64,000 nucleotides of DNA, taken from a virus. The translations under genes and the position numbers were made by a program. Positions 1 to 7,881 of the stretch are shown piece after piece. Below the pieces are notes generated by a model. It made no database searches. It saw nothing but the letters and a program-made list of their open reading frames with translations, and was not told where the DNA came from. Numbering within the stretch: the first letter of the stretch is position 1; each line of letters begins with the position of its first letter. Location: IMG/VR virus record IMGVR_UViG_3300012954_000007. One strand, 5' to 3'.

Positions 1-12
1 AAATTGTTAATT

Positions 13-654
13 TTATTTTTTAGTACGTTTAACTGACTTGATGGATTTTATATTACCGACAAATATTTTATTACCTACTCTAATTTGTAAATTTTCTTTA
101 ATGTTTTTAGATTCCATTAATAAATTTTCTTCTACCATGATTTCTTTAATACATTCTTTAATGGTATCCTTTAATGTATTAGTGTCTAGACTCTGTGATT
201 CAAAGGGAGACGGTATTGGGTCATTTGATTTATTTTCTACAATACGAGTTTTTTCTTTTAAATTAACGTTAACATTACTATTAGCTTTGTTTCTCATATT
301 TTGTACACTATATTCTTCCGAGTTCATTTTTTGACTAACTTTTTCCATAAATGATTCTGATAAATTTGGTGTTGGGGAAATATCGGGAATTGGTGTATTA
401 ATCATGGCTTGTTTAATAGCGTCAGGTAATCTAGAGTTTCTAATTGATTCCTCTGTCATATTTGCTTTAGGATTCATATTAGGAGTACTCGGTCCAGGTA
501 TTGATGTATTATTAACCGTGTTTACTTGTTGTTGCATATTAACGGATTCCGTTCGTATATTTGGGGTTCTAGGTAACCCACCATTATTTTTATTCATGGC
601 ATCATGTTCCATAAATTTTTTAGCATTTAATAAAGATTGTTCTAAATTTTTCAT
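13..654 (-). CDS. hypothetical protein, N/P-rich, possible virion internal protein
   Basis: 213-aa ORF, last of a tightly packed minus-strand run; C-terminal IKECIKEIMVEENLLMES helix. Confidence 0.55.
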   Translation of the reverse strand: MKNLEQSLLNAKKFMEHDAMNKNNGGLPRTPNIRTESVNMQQQVNTVNNTSIPGPSTPNMNPKANMTEESIRNSRLPDAIKQAMINTPIPDISPTPNLSESFMEKVSQKMNSEEYSVQNMRNKANSNVNVNLKEKTRIVENKSNDPIPSPFESQSLDTNTLKDTIKECIKEIMVEENLLMESKNIKENLQIRVGNKIFVGNIKSIKSVKRTKK

Positions 655-1020
655 TTAATCAAATTTTGCATTAATCCATACTTGATTCATACTCTTATCG
701 CCGTTTGGGTTGTAGTTAGGTCTAGCTTCATTAAAATTTTCAGTTGTAGGGTTCCAATTTCTAACTCTATCTAACCTAAAAAATTTCCATCCAGGTACTT
801 CCGTATCCGTAGCACCTTCAGTTTGCCAAGCTCTAACAACAGGGTTATTCTTTTTAGTCGTACCCGCACACACTGGTTCTATTGTTCTCCATCCAGGATT
901 ATTAACCGTATCACCTTCATAGTATATAACAGTAGCATTCTTGTTTTTTATAGCTTTCTGGACTTCGTCCCTATTAGCTACTTCAAGTATAATAGAATGT
1001 AGTGTGTTGTAAAGTTTCAT
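655..1020 (-). CDS. stand-alone WYL-domain protein
   Basis: IYYEG...WRTIEPVC...VRAWQ...GWKFFRLDRV matches the WYL pattern (RxIEP...LxA...W+xFRLDRI); no HTH; short leader ending IILE. Confidence 0.8.
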   Translation of the reverse strand: MKLYNTLHSIILEVANRDEVQKAIKNKNATVIYYEGDTVNNPGWRTIEPVCAGTTKKNNPVVRAWQTEGATDTEVPGWKFFRLDRVRNWNPTTENFNEARPNYNPNGDKSMNQVWINAKFD

Positions 1021-1030
1021 AATAAAAAAC

Positions 1031-1354
1031 TTAAGAAGGTGTTAATCCAATAGTTCCAGTTGTAATATTTTCATCAGGAACACTATAACCGTTTCCAGAA
1101 TTATAAGAATTACTTTTTAGATTTTCTTTTCTAGTAAGTACATCAGTTTTTGTCCCCGTGTCTTGGTCTCTCACACCTAAAAATACTGAAGTACCCCTAC
1201 CTTTTTCATCCCCATCACTTAGTGCGTGTGGGTGTTGAGGTCCGTATTTATCAGACTTAGGACTATAAATGTTTTTAGGGAATAATTTATCCCTTTCTGC
1301 TTGAGCAAATTCTGATAGTTTTGCTCCTGGTTGCATTTGTTGTTCTCCTGCCAT
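1031..1354 (-). CDS. hypothetical protein
   Basis: 107-aa ATG ORF preceded by a TATTTAT motif and an A-rich leader; HPHALSDGDEKGRG motif. Confidence 0.6.
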   Translation of the reverse strand: MAGEQQMQPGAKLSEFAQAERDKLFPKNIYSPKSDKYGPQHPHALSDGDEKGRGTSVFLGVRDQDTGTKTDVLTRKENLKSNSYNSGNGYSVPDENITTGTIGLTPS

Positions 1355-1391
1355 AACTTTTTATTTTATAAATATTTTATTTTATCTTTAT

Positions 1392-1562
1392 TTACAGTTC
1401 AAAACCAAGATTTAATACCATAAATCTAAATTTGGAACATTTGTCGGTACTACACGGACAAATTTTAATTTCAAACACAGTTAACTTACCTAATCTTAGG
1501 GTTAAACTATACTTTTCTTTTTTATTTCCACTTTTCCAGGAATTAATCCAATCAATTTTCAT
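1392..1562 (-). CDS. small beta-rich hypothetical protein (56 aa, not in ORF track)
   Basis: Translated by hand: MKIDWINSWKSGNKKEKYSLTLRLGKLTVFEIKICPCSTDKCSKFRFMVLNLGFEL; ATG 2 nt after the upstream stop; fills the gap. Confidence 0.7.
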   Translation of the reverse strand: MKIDWINSWKSGNKKEKYSLTLRLGKLTVFEIKICPCSTDKCSKFRFMVLNLGFEL

Positions 1563-1564
1563 AA

Positions 1565-2023
1565 TTAATAATTTATTAGTTTATTCATTCTTTTTATTGT
1601 TTCACTTAAATTTGTCATACTGTCCACATTATCTGGTCTAGGAACACTAACCTGTGTTGGGTTCCTGTTTCCGTCTTTTTCATGTTCATCATAATGGGTG
1701 TTCATCATACCACCATTCATTTTACTTTTCCTACCAGAAGCTTTACCATCTCTAAGTTGTTTTTCCAGTTCAAAGAAAACTTTTTTCCCATAATCACCTC
1801 CAGTTAAATTATATGGGTGTGTACCTTCTTCTTCATTTCTAAAAAAATTATTTATCTTTTTTAGTAATTCCATACTAATTACTGGATTTTTAATAATGTT
1901 AAGTGCACGTTCATAACCTTCAGTGGTTTTAGGGCCATTAAAGTCTTGCACCGCAATCTTAATATGTTTAACACATTTATTGGGTACTTTAATTTGATGT
2001 CCTTTAAGGGATTTATCAGGCAT
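1565..2023 (-). CDS. hypothetical protein
   Basis: 152-aa ORF abutting the upstream gene; C-terminal LSETIKRMNKLINY helix. Confidence 0.6.
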   Translation of the reverse strand: MPDKSLKGHQIKVPNKCVKHIKIAVQDFNGPKTTEGYERALNIIKNPVISMELLKKINNFFRNEEEGTHPYNLTGGDYGKKVFFELEKQLRDGKASGRKSKMNGGMMNTHYDEHEKDGNRNPTQVSVPRPDNVDSMTNLSETIKRMNKLINY

Positions 2024-2689
2024 TTAAAATTTATTTAGTATTTCGTTTGGGTCCACTCCTTGTGCATCACACGCTCTTTTAAATTTAGAACCCATTTTAT
2101 CTAGTATTGGATAGTTATTCATATCTCGTAACTCCATCTCAATACCCGGTTTAATATCCTCAACTTCGTCCTTTTTAGTCAAAATAACTTCTAACATATC
2201 TTTCATTTTTTTGTTAGACAATTCTACTAATCTTTTTCTTTCATCATTTTCAGCTTTCTCTTGTGATACATTAGTAGAATAACCGTTTTCTTCACATTTT
2301 TTTACAGCTCTTTCTCTAGTTAAACCATAGTTGCCCATAAAATATTCCATACATTCATTAGTTGTCTCAACATCACTATCTAACTCTTCATTATCACCTA
2401 GACCACCACCAAGATAAGCCTCACCCCAGTATCTTTTATAATAGTAACCAAACCCATTACCTTTTTGATGTGCGGTTTTTACCATATCATCACTAGTACT
2501 CCTACTAATTTTATTACTTTTATTAATACCTAAAGGAATTTTTGAATTAAGCATAGAACCATCATAATCAACTAATTCTTCTAGTTCTTCTTCACTTTTA
2601 CCGTCTAACTGCTCAGTTTCCCACATTTCGTGGTCATTGTTAGGGTGTACTTCTTCACAACTTTTGCCTTTATGTTCTAATCTATTCAT
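2024..2689 (-). CDS. hypothetical acidic protein
   Basis: 221-aa ORF preceded by a TATTTAT motif (2705-2711, minus strand). Confidence 0.6.
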   Translation of the reverse strand: MNRLEHKGKSCEEVHPNNDHEMWETEQLDGKSEEELEELVDYDGSMLNSKIPLGINKSNKISRSTSDDMVKTAHQKGNGFGYYYKRYWGEAYLGGGLGDNEELDSDVETTNECMEYFMGNYGLTRERAVKKCEENGYSTNVSQEKAENDERKRLVELSNKKMKDMLEVILTKKDEVEDIKPGIEMELRDMNNYPILDKMGSKFKRACDAQGVDPNEILNKF

Positions 2690-2704
2690 AGTTTCTTTTT
2701 ATCT

Positions 2705-2739
2705 ATAAATATTAATGCATTCATTAAATATTTATTTAT
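2705..2739. promoter_or_regulatory. divergent pair of putative late promoters (TATTTAT)
   Basis: ATAAATA at 2705-2711 (minus) and TATTTAT at 2729-2735 (plus) between divergent genes; same motif recurs upstream of most structural genes. Confidence 0.55.
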
Positions 2740-2741
2740 GT

Positions 2742-5522
2742 ATGGGACCACAGAATTTAAATAACTATTATTTCAATAAATTAGACGCTAGACTAGATTA
2801 TAGTAGCTACTATGACATATTTTTAACGTCTGATGAACGGGATTACAACAGAGAAGTTGTATTTTCCCCTTATCTTATTTGTGTGGGTGACCACATTAAT
2901 AATTATCTAAGTGGTAAAACTTGGTGTTCAGATTGTTTACCTCTTTGGATTGATTTAAGTAATCCACAGTCTAGTAGACAGTTATATCCTTATTTATGTA
3001 CAGAATATGACGAAAATAACACATTATTAAGTTTACCATACTGGTGTTCTGCTAGCCCAAATTCGGGTGATACCCAATGTACTTGTCCTAAATGTGAAAA
3101 CAGAGAGTTTACAGGAAATACCTCATTTATAGAATCCATATGTGATGTTGGATTAACTGGTGTAGATAATGGTTTGGTACAATATATGAGTGGAAACACT
3201 ACAGAATATGATTTATGTAAGTTAGAGTTTATTACAGTTTCAGCATACACCGCCACGATGAGTGGAGCTACAGGTACTAATTGTGTAGGTCAGTGGAAAG
3301 GCTTTATAACAGGAGATAGTCCAGCCACAGTAATATTAGATTTAGCGAGTGGTTCAATACCCCTTAAATACCCCTGTACTGGTACTACTACATCAGTAAC
3401 TAGTGGAATGACCATAGAGTGGAATAATTTTTTTTCTGGGTCATCTAACATTGGAGCAGCAGCACCTTATATGAGCTTATCTGGATGTTGTAATTTTCAA
3501 ACCTCCCCAAATAGTGGATACTTATTAAAGTTTAGTAATTTTCAGTCCACCCTTAGTGGGGATTCATTTACTTTTGACCTAGTTACCAATAAAGGATACT
3601 GGCAAGCACCTTGTCAACTAGAATCTATAAAGTTATGGACTGATATGCCAGAACAATACAAATGGGACCACTTACATTATGATAGAAGATTTAAAATGAA
3701 ACAAGTTACTGGCTTAACTCACCAGTACAGTTATGGTATAGAATCTGTTTCAGGGGTTACCGAAGGATATTATAATAATTTAAGAGGTGGATTCTACCAA
3801 GGATTTTATGAACTTTATGGTTATCCTTACCAGGTTTTACCAGAACGGGTTGAGTGTGGTTGGACCGTGGAATCTTTATTAAAGTTTGATGTTAAGTGTG
3901 TAACCGAGTGTATCATTCCTGGAACCAAAACACTTAATGATGTATACCCTAACAATAAAGGAATATATTTCTATATGGGTACTAGAGCAGAAAATAAATT
4001 TCATAATTTTTACTCAGCAGAAACCCACCTCCAAACTTGTGACCAGGGAGACTTTAGTTGTTCTGGAATCCCAACACCAATTATAACAACAGGAACTACC
4101 GGACATTGTGGTACTGAAGTACAAGTTATAACATCAACATATGATGAAAAAATAGATTCTTTAAGTAATGCTTTTGCTTTAAGACTTACTGATGATGGAA
4201 GAGTAGGATATAGAGCTTTATATTATACAGGGAATTGTATAACTACGTTTTCTGAGAAAAAAGTTTTAAACTGTGAAACTAACGAGTACTATACAGTTGA
4301 GGATTGTGTAACTGGTTTGACATACAGTTCTGGTTTCACTGTCGTAGAAAAATATAGTGATATTGTGTGTGGATTAACTGGTTCTACTTTTGTGGAAACT
4401 TGTCCATGGTTACTAGTTAGTGCAAGATTTAAACGAGACTACTGTTATGAAGGTTGTGATTTAGAAAATATGGGTGGGGTTAACGACTTAATAGACATTC
4501 CCGTCATAGATACACCAGGTTATATAGATTCTGGGTTAAATACCACCTCCACAACCTTGGTAAGGGAAGCTCCACTAATGCCAGGATGGAATGACCACGG
4601 TAACAAGGTTGTGGTTACTGGACAATATTTGGGTTCTGGTGAAATAGCTACTGGGTGTACTGAAAACGAATGTTGTTCTGGGTGCACACAACCTAGTTGT
4701 ACTACTTGTGGTCCCGCTAGTGGTTGTACTACAAACTATACTAAACTGGTGGAAAAAATAAAATTTTCTAAAAAATGGTCTGATGAAAGATTTTTAAGAA
4801 AGGGGACATTAACGATTTTTGTTAATGGTAGACCAGTATTTACTGACCCTGATTTTGAAGAAATAATTCCTAGAAGATTAAATACCGAAAAACAAAAACA
4901 GGTGGGTGTACCCTTTAACATTTCGTGGGGTGGTGGAACCCAGGGATTGATTGACAATCAAACTTTCTCTGCTGATACTAGTGGGAATACTATAACTTGT
5001 CCTCCTTATGCACAAGACCCAGCAGATTTAGAGTTGTTAATAGAAAAGAATTTTGCAGGGACCTATATAGGTGGAATATCCCAACTAAGATACTATATAC
5101 GACCACTAGGGGTAGATGAAATATTCCACAATTTCTTAGTTAACAAAGACCGATATGATTTAGTTGATTGTGCTGGTGGTTGTACTAACGGGTGTGGCCC
5201 TTGTCCAGCTATTATAATAAGAGATTGTGATTCACTAGACATTATCTTAGACTTTGCGGTAGGACAAACTACAACTTCTGTAGATAGTTTGTCACAATTT
5301 ATAGTCCCACCAGAATACGTCTCAGTTAAGTTTACTGGAGTATTAGTAGATAATGTTACTAGTTACACAATAACACTAATAGAAAATATGGGAACAGGAC
5401 CTAGTACAGTAGTAACCACACCATTTTTAGCAACACCTACCGATGTAATAAAAGTAGACATTGTAAAATTTGATAACACCAAGGAATCAAAAGTTACTAT
5501 TATAGGCAACTTAACTAAGTAA
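2742..5522 (+). CDS. Cys-rich virion structural protein with LamG/concanavalin-A-like region
   Basis: GTLTIFVNGRPVF...FNISWGGG...YIGGISQLRYYIRPL...EI is LamG-like; many Cys; likely start MGPQN at 2742 (track start 2715). Confidence 0.55.
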   Translation: MGPQNLNNYYFNKLDARLDYSSYYDIFLTSDERDYNREVVFSPYLICVGDHINNYLSGKTWCSDCLPLWIDLSNPQSSRQLYPYLCTEYDENNTLLSLPYWCSASPNSGDTQCTCPKCENREFTGNTSFIESICDVGLTGVDNGLVQYMSGNTTEYDLCKLEFITVSAYTATMSGATGTNCVGQWKGFITGDSPATVILDLASGSIPLKYPCTGTTTSVTSGMTIEWNNFFSGSSNIGAAAPYMSLSGCCNFQTSPNSGYLLKFSNFQSTLSGDSFTFDLVTNKGYWQAPCQLESIKLWTDMPEQYKWDHLHYDRRFKMKQVTGLTHQYSYGIESVSGVTEGYYNNLRGGFYQGFYELYGYPYQVLPERVECGWTVESLLKFDVKCVTECIIPGTKTLNDVYPNNKGIYFYMGTRAENKFHNFYSAETHLQTCDQGDFSCSGIPTPIITTGTTGHCGTEVQVITSTYDEKIDSLSNAFALRLTDDGRVGYRALYYTGNCITTFSEKKVLNCETNEYYTVEDCVTGLTYSSGFTVVEKYSDIVCGLTGSTFVETCPWLLVSARFKRDYCYEGCDLENMGGVNDLIDIPVIDTPGYIDSGLNTTSTTLVREAPLMPGWNDHGNKVVVTGQYLGSGEIATGCTENECCSGCTQPSCTTCGPASGCTTNYTKLVEKIKFSKKWSDERFLRKGTLTIFVNGRPVFTDPDFEEIIPRRLNTEKQKQVGVPFNISWGGGTQGLIDNQTFSADTSGNTITCPPYAQDPADLELLIEKNFAGTYIGGISQLRYYIRPLGVDEIFHNFLVNKDRYDLVDCAGGCTNGCGPCPAIIIRDCDSLDIILDFAVGQTTTSVDSLSQFIVPPEYVSVKFTGVLVDNVTSYTITLIENMGTGPSTVVTTPFLATPTDVIKVDIVKFDNTKESKVTIIGNLTK

Positions 5523-5547
5523 AAAACTATTTATAAAATAAAAAAAT

Positions 5548-7380
5548 ATGTCTTGTAAATGTAAAAATATTATAGAAAACTTCCAAGGGGGCACTATTCC
5601 ATTAACCACAACCTTTAATGGGGACATACATGTGTGTGGGGATATTTTAGGTTGTTCACCAGTAACCATAGGTAATGATAGTGGGTGTACATCTGGTAAT
5701 ACAACTTTAGTTGTTAGTGGAAGTTCGATATTTAGTTGTGATGTCGATATAGTAGGTAATATATACAGTGGTGGTACAAATTTATTAGATATTTTTTCCA
5801 CTACCACCTCATCAGGTTCAACAGGAGGAGGGGGAACCTTTACAGGAAATACTTCAGCTACCTGTATTAATGAATTATGGGTGTCTAATATTTCTGGATG
5901 TAGTCCAGTTACTATCGGAACAGAAGCAGAATTTTCACAAGACGTATCGGTCTCACAATACATCAGACATACGGGTGATGCTGACACACATATTCAATTT
6001 TTAGATAATAAACTTCAGTTACATGCTGGTAACATACCTTTTATTCAACTTGATAAAGATGCAGCAACACCTTACCCTCTTACAATTAATCATGGTGGTA
6101 ATAGAGTTAACTTGAGGGTTCTAGATAAAGATAGTAACCTACTTTTAAAAACCGATTCTGAAGCATCTAAGGTAAATTTATACCATGCTGGTAGTATGAA
6201 ATTAGAAACACAAATCGGAGGTATTGATGTAATAGGTGAACTTAATGTGACTAGTGGTTTAACTGTAACGGGAGACACTATAGTAAAGGGGGGGAAAATA
6301 TTACTGGGTGATGGTGACGTTAGTAATAACTATGCTGGATTTGGTAATAATGATGACCTAAAAATATTTCACAACGGAGCCCACTCAATAATAAGAGAAA
6401 CAGGAACAGGAAACTTATACCTACAAAGTGATAATAATGTTATACTTTCTAAGGATAATAGTACAGAACCTATGGTGAAGGGTATTGCCGATGGAGCAGT
6501 TGAACTTTATTATGACAATATTAAAAAGTTTGAAACCACAACGGATGGAGCAAAAGTTTCAGGTGAACTTAATGTGACTAGTGGTTTAACTGTAACAAGT
6601 TCAGGTACAAATACTTCAGATACGGTATTTTTAGTACAAGATAGTGTCGGTAATCATATCATAGAAGGTTTAGATACTGGACAAGTTCATGTTGGAGACT
6701 TAGTTAATAGTGCCCTACCAACAAATCCAACACTTTTGATTGGTGCGGGTAAAACACCAAACGATAGAGGTTCGTTAGCCTTTACTTCTTCAGGTATAGG
6801 TATCGGGGGAGATAATGATACAATTGGAGATTATCTACACTTCCTTTTACCAGGAAGTGATAACAGTAGATGGAAATTTGATACTTCTTCCGCATTTGGT
6901 TTTACCTTAGTAAGTAGACAAAATAATACTTTTGGTTCGGGTTCGGGAACTAGAAGTAGTTTTTACACTAGTAGAACATACGGAGTAGATTTTTTACTGG
7001 GTTATGCTAGTAGTCTAGGTGTTACAGATACCGTCGGATATAGATTTAACACTAAAGATAGTACTAGTGCAGGTGCAAATGATATAGAAAGATTTGTTAT
7101 TGAAAACGGTGCAGCTGAAACTAAATCTTATTTTGATAATATTAGTGTGTTGGGTATCGGGACATATAATCCAGACACCAATGTTAAAGTACACATTAGT
7201 GGAGATACTTTAATGAGTGGTAGTTTTACAGCAAGTACCATGACACTTAGTAATGTTCCTGCTTTTGCAGATGATAGTGCTGCGGGGACTGGTGGATTAT
7301 CGGTTGGGGACGTTTATCAAACCTCTGGAACGGGAGCTGCTCCTTTAAATGTGGCGGGAATATTAATGATAAAACAATAA
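5548..7380 (+). CDS. tail fibre-like modular protein
   Basis: G/S/T-rich beta-repeat modules (DLKIFHNGAHSIIRETGTGNLYL, AVELYYDNIKKFETTTDG, LGIGTYNP); C-terminal GLSVGDVYQ motif typical of fibre tips. Confidence 0.65.
   Translation: MSCKCKNIIENFQGGTIPLTTTFNGDIHVCGDILGCSPVTIGNDSGCTSGNTTLVVSGSSIFSCDVDIVGNIYSGGTNLLDIFSTTTSSGSTGGGGTFTGNTSATCINELWVSNISGCSPVTIGTEAEFSQDVSVSQYIRHTGDADTHIQFLDNKLQLHAGNIPFIQLDKDAATPYPLTINHGGNRVNLRVLDKDSNLLLKTDSEASKVNLYHAGSMKLETQIGGIDVIGELNVTSGLTVTGDTIVKGGKILLGDGDVSNNYAGFGNNDDLKIFHNGAHSIIRETGTGNLYLQSDNNVILSKDNSTEPMVKGIADGAVELYYDNIKKFETTTDGAKVSGELNVTSGLTVTSSGTNTSDTVFLVQDSVGNHIIEGLDTGQVHVGDLVNSALPTNPTLLIGAGKTPNDRGSLAFTSSGIGIGGDNDTIGDYLHFLLPGSDNSRWKFDTSSAFGFTLVSRQNNTFGSGSGTRSSFYTSRTYGVDFLLGYASSLGVTDTVGYRFNTKDSTSAGANDIERFVIENGAAETKSYFDNISVLGIGTYNPDTNVKVHISGDTLMSGSFTASTMTLSNVPAFADDSAAGTGGLSVGDVYQTSGTGAAPLNVAGILMIKQ
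6234..6596 (+). repeat. exact 36-bp direct repeat inside fibre gene
   Basis: AGGTGAACTTAATGTGACTAGTGGTTTAACTGTAAC at 6234-6269 and 6561-6596, 327 bp apart, in frame. Confidence 0.9.
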
Positions 7381-7408
7381 AATCGGTATTTATAACTAAA
7401 ACACACAT

Positions 7409-7783
7409 ATGGAATTTTTTATAAGAAAAGACTCATTAGAACCAGTATTAAAAATGCAATTAATACAAGACGGTAGGAACGATTTTAGAAAGTTTTACCA
7501 AGGACTAGAAAACGCTATGTTAAGTTTTTCTATGAAAAAAGTGGATACTGGAGAATATGTTATTTTAAATAAAGCCGCTGGTATTGTACAGAAAACTGAA
7601 ATAGACCCGATTAATGACCCAGAGTATTATATCTACTATAGGTGGCAACCAACAGATGTAATGGAATCGGGAAGGTACCAAGGTCAGTTTTTAATCGAAT
7701 TTTTAACTGATGGTACACAATTAGTTGCTCCAGTTAGAGAAGATTTATTTATCAATATTCAAGAGAGTTTCGGAATCATTTAA
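7409..7783 (+). CDS. BppU-N-like Ig-fold baseplate/fibre adaptor protein
   Basis: YYRWQPTDVMESGRYQGQFLIEF...LVAP pattern typical of BppU N-terminal-like domains. Confidence 0.55.
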   Translation: MEFFIRKDSLEPVLKMQLIQDGRNDFRKFYQGLENAMLSFSMKKVDTGEYVILNKAAGIVQKTEIDPINDPEYYIYYRWQPTDVMESGRYQGQFLIEFLTDGTQLVAPVREDLFINIQESFGII

Positions 7784-7784
7784 A

Positions 7785-7813
7785 TTGACATCTCACAAAT
7801 AGTTTCTTATATT
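7785..7813 (+). promoter_or_regulatory. sigma70-like promoter upstream of DNA polymerase
   Basis: TTGACA-N17-TATATT. Confidence 0.65.
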
Positions 7814-7881
7814 TTAATTAATGTTAAGTAAAATTCACCAAGAGGGTGAAGCTAATATTACAAACGAAAATTATTATATAC

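Noticed and set aside
5548-7380. Diversity-generating retroelement acting on the fibre gene
   Set aside because: No reverse transcriptase in the window, and the repeat copies are identical rather than differing at adenines.
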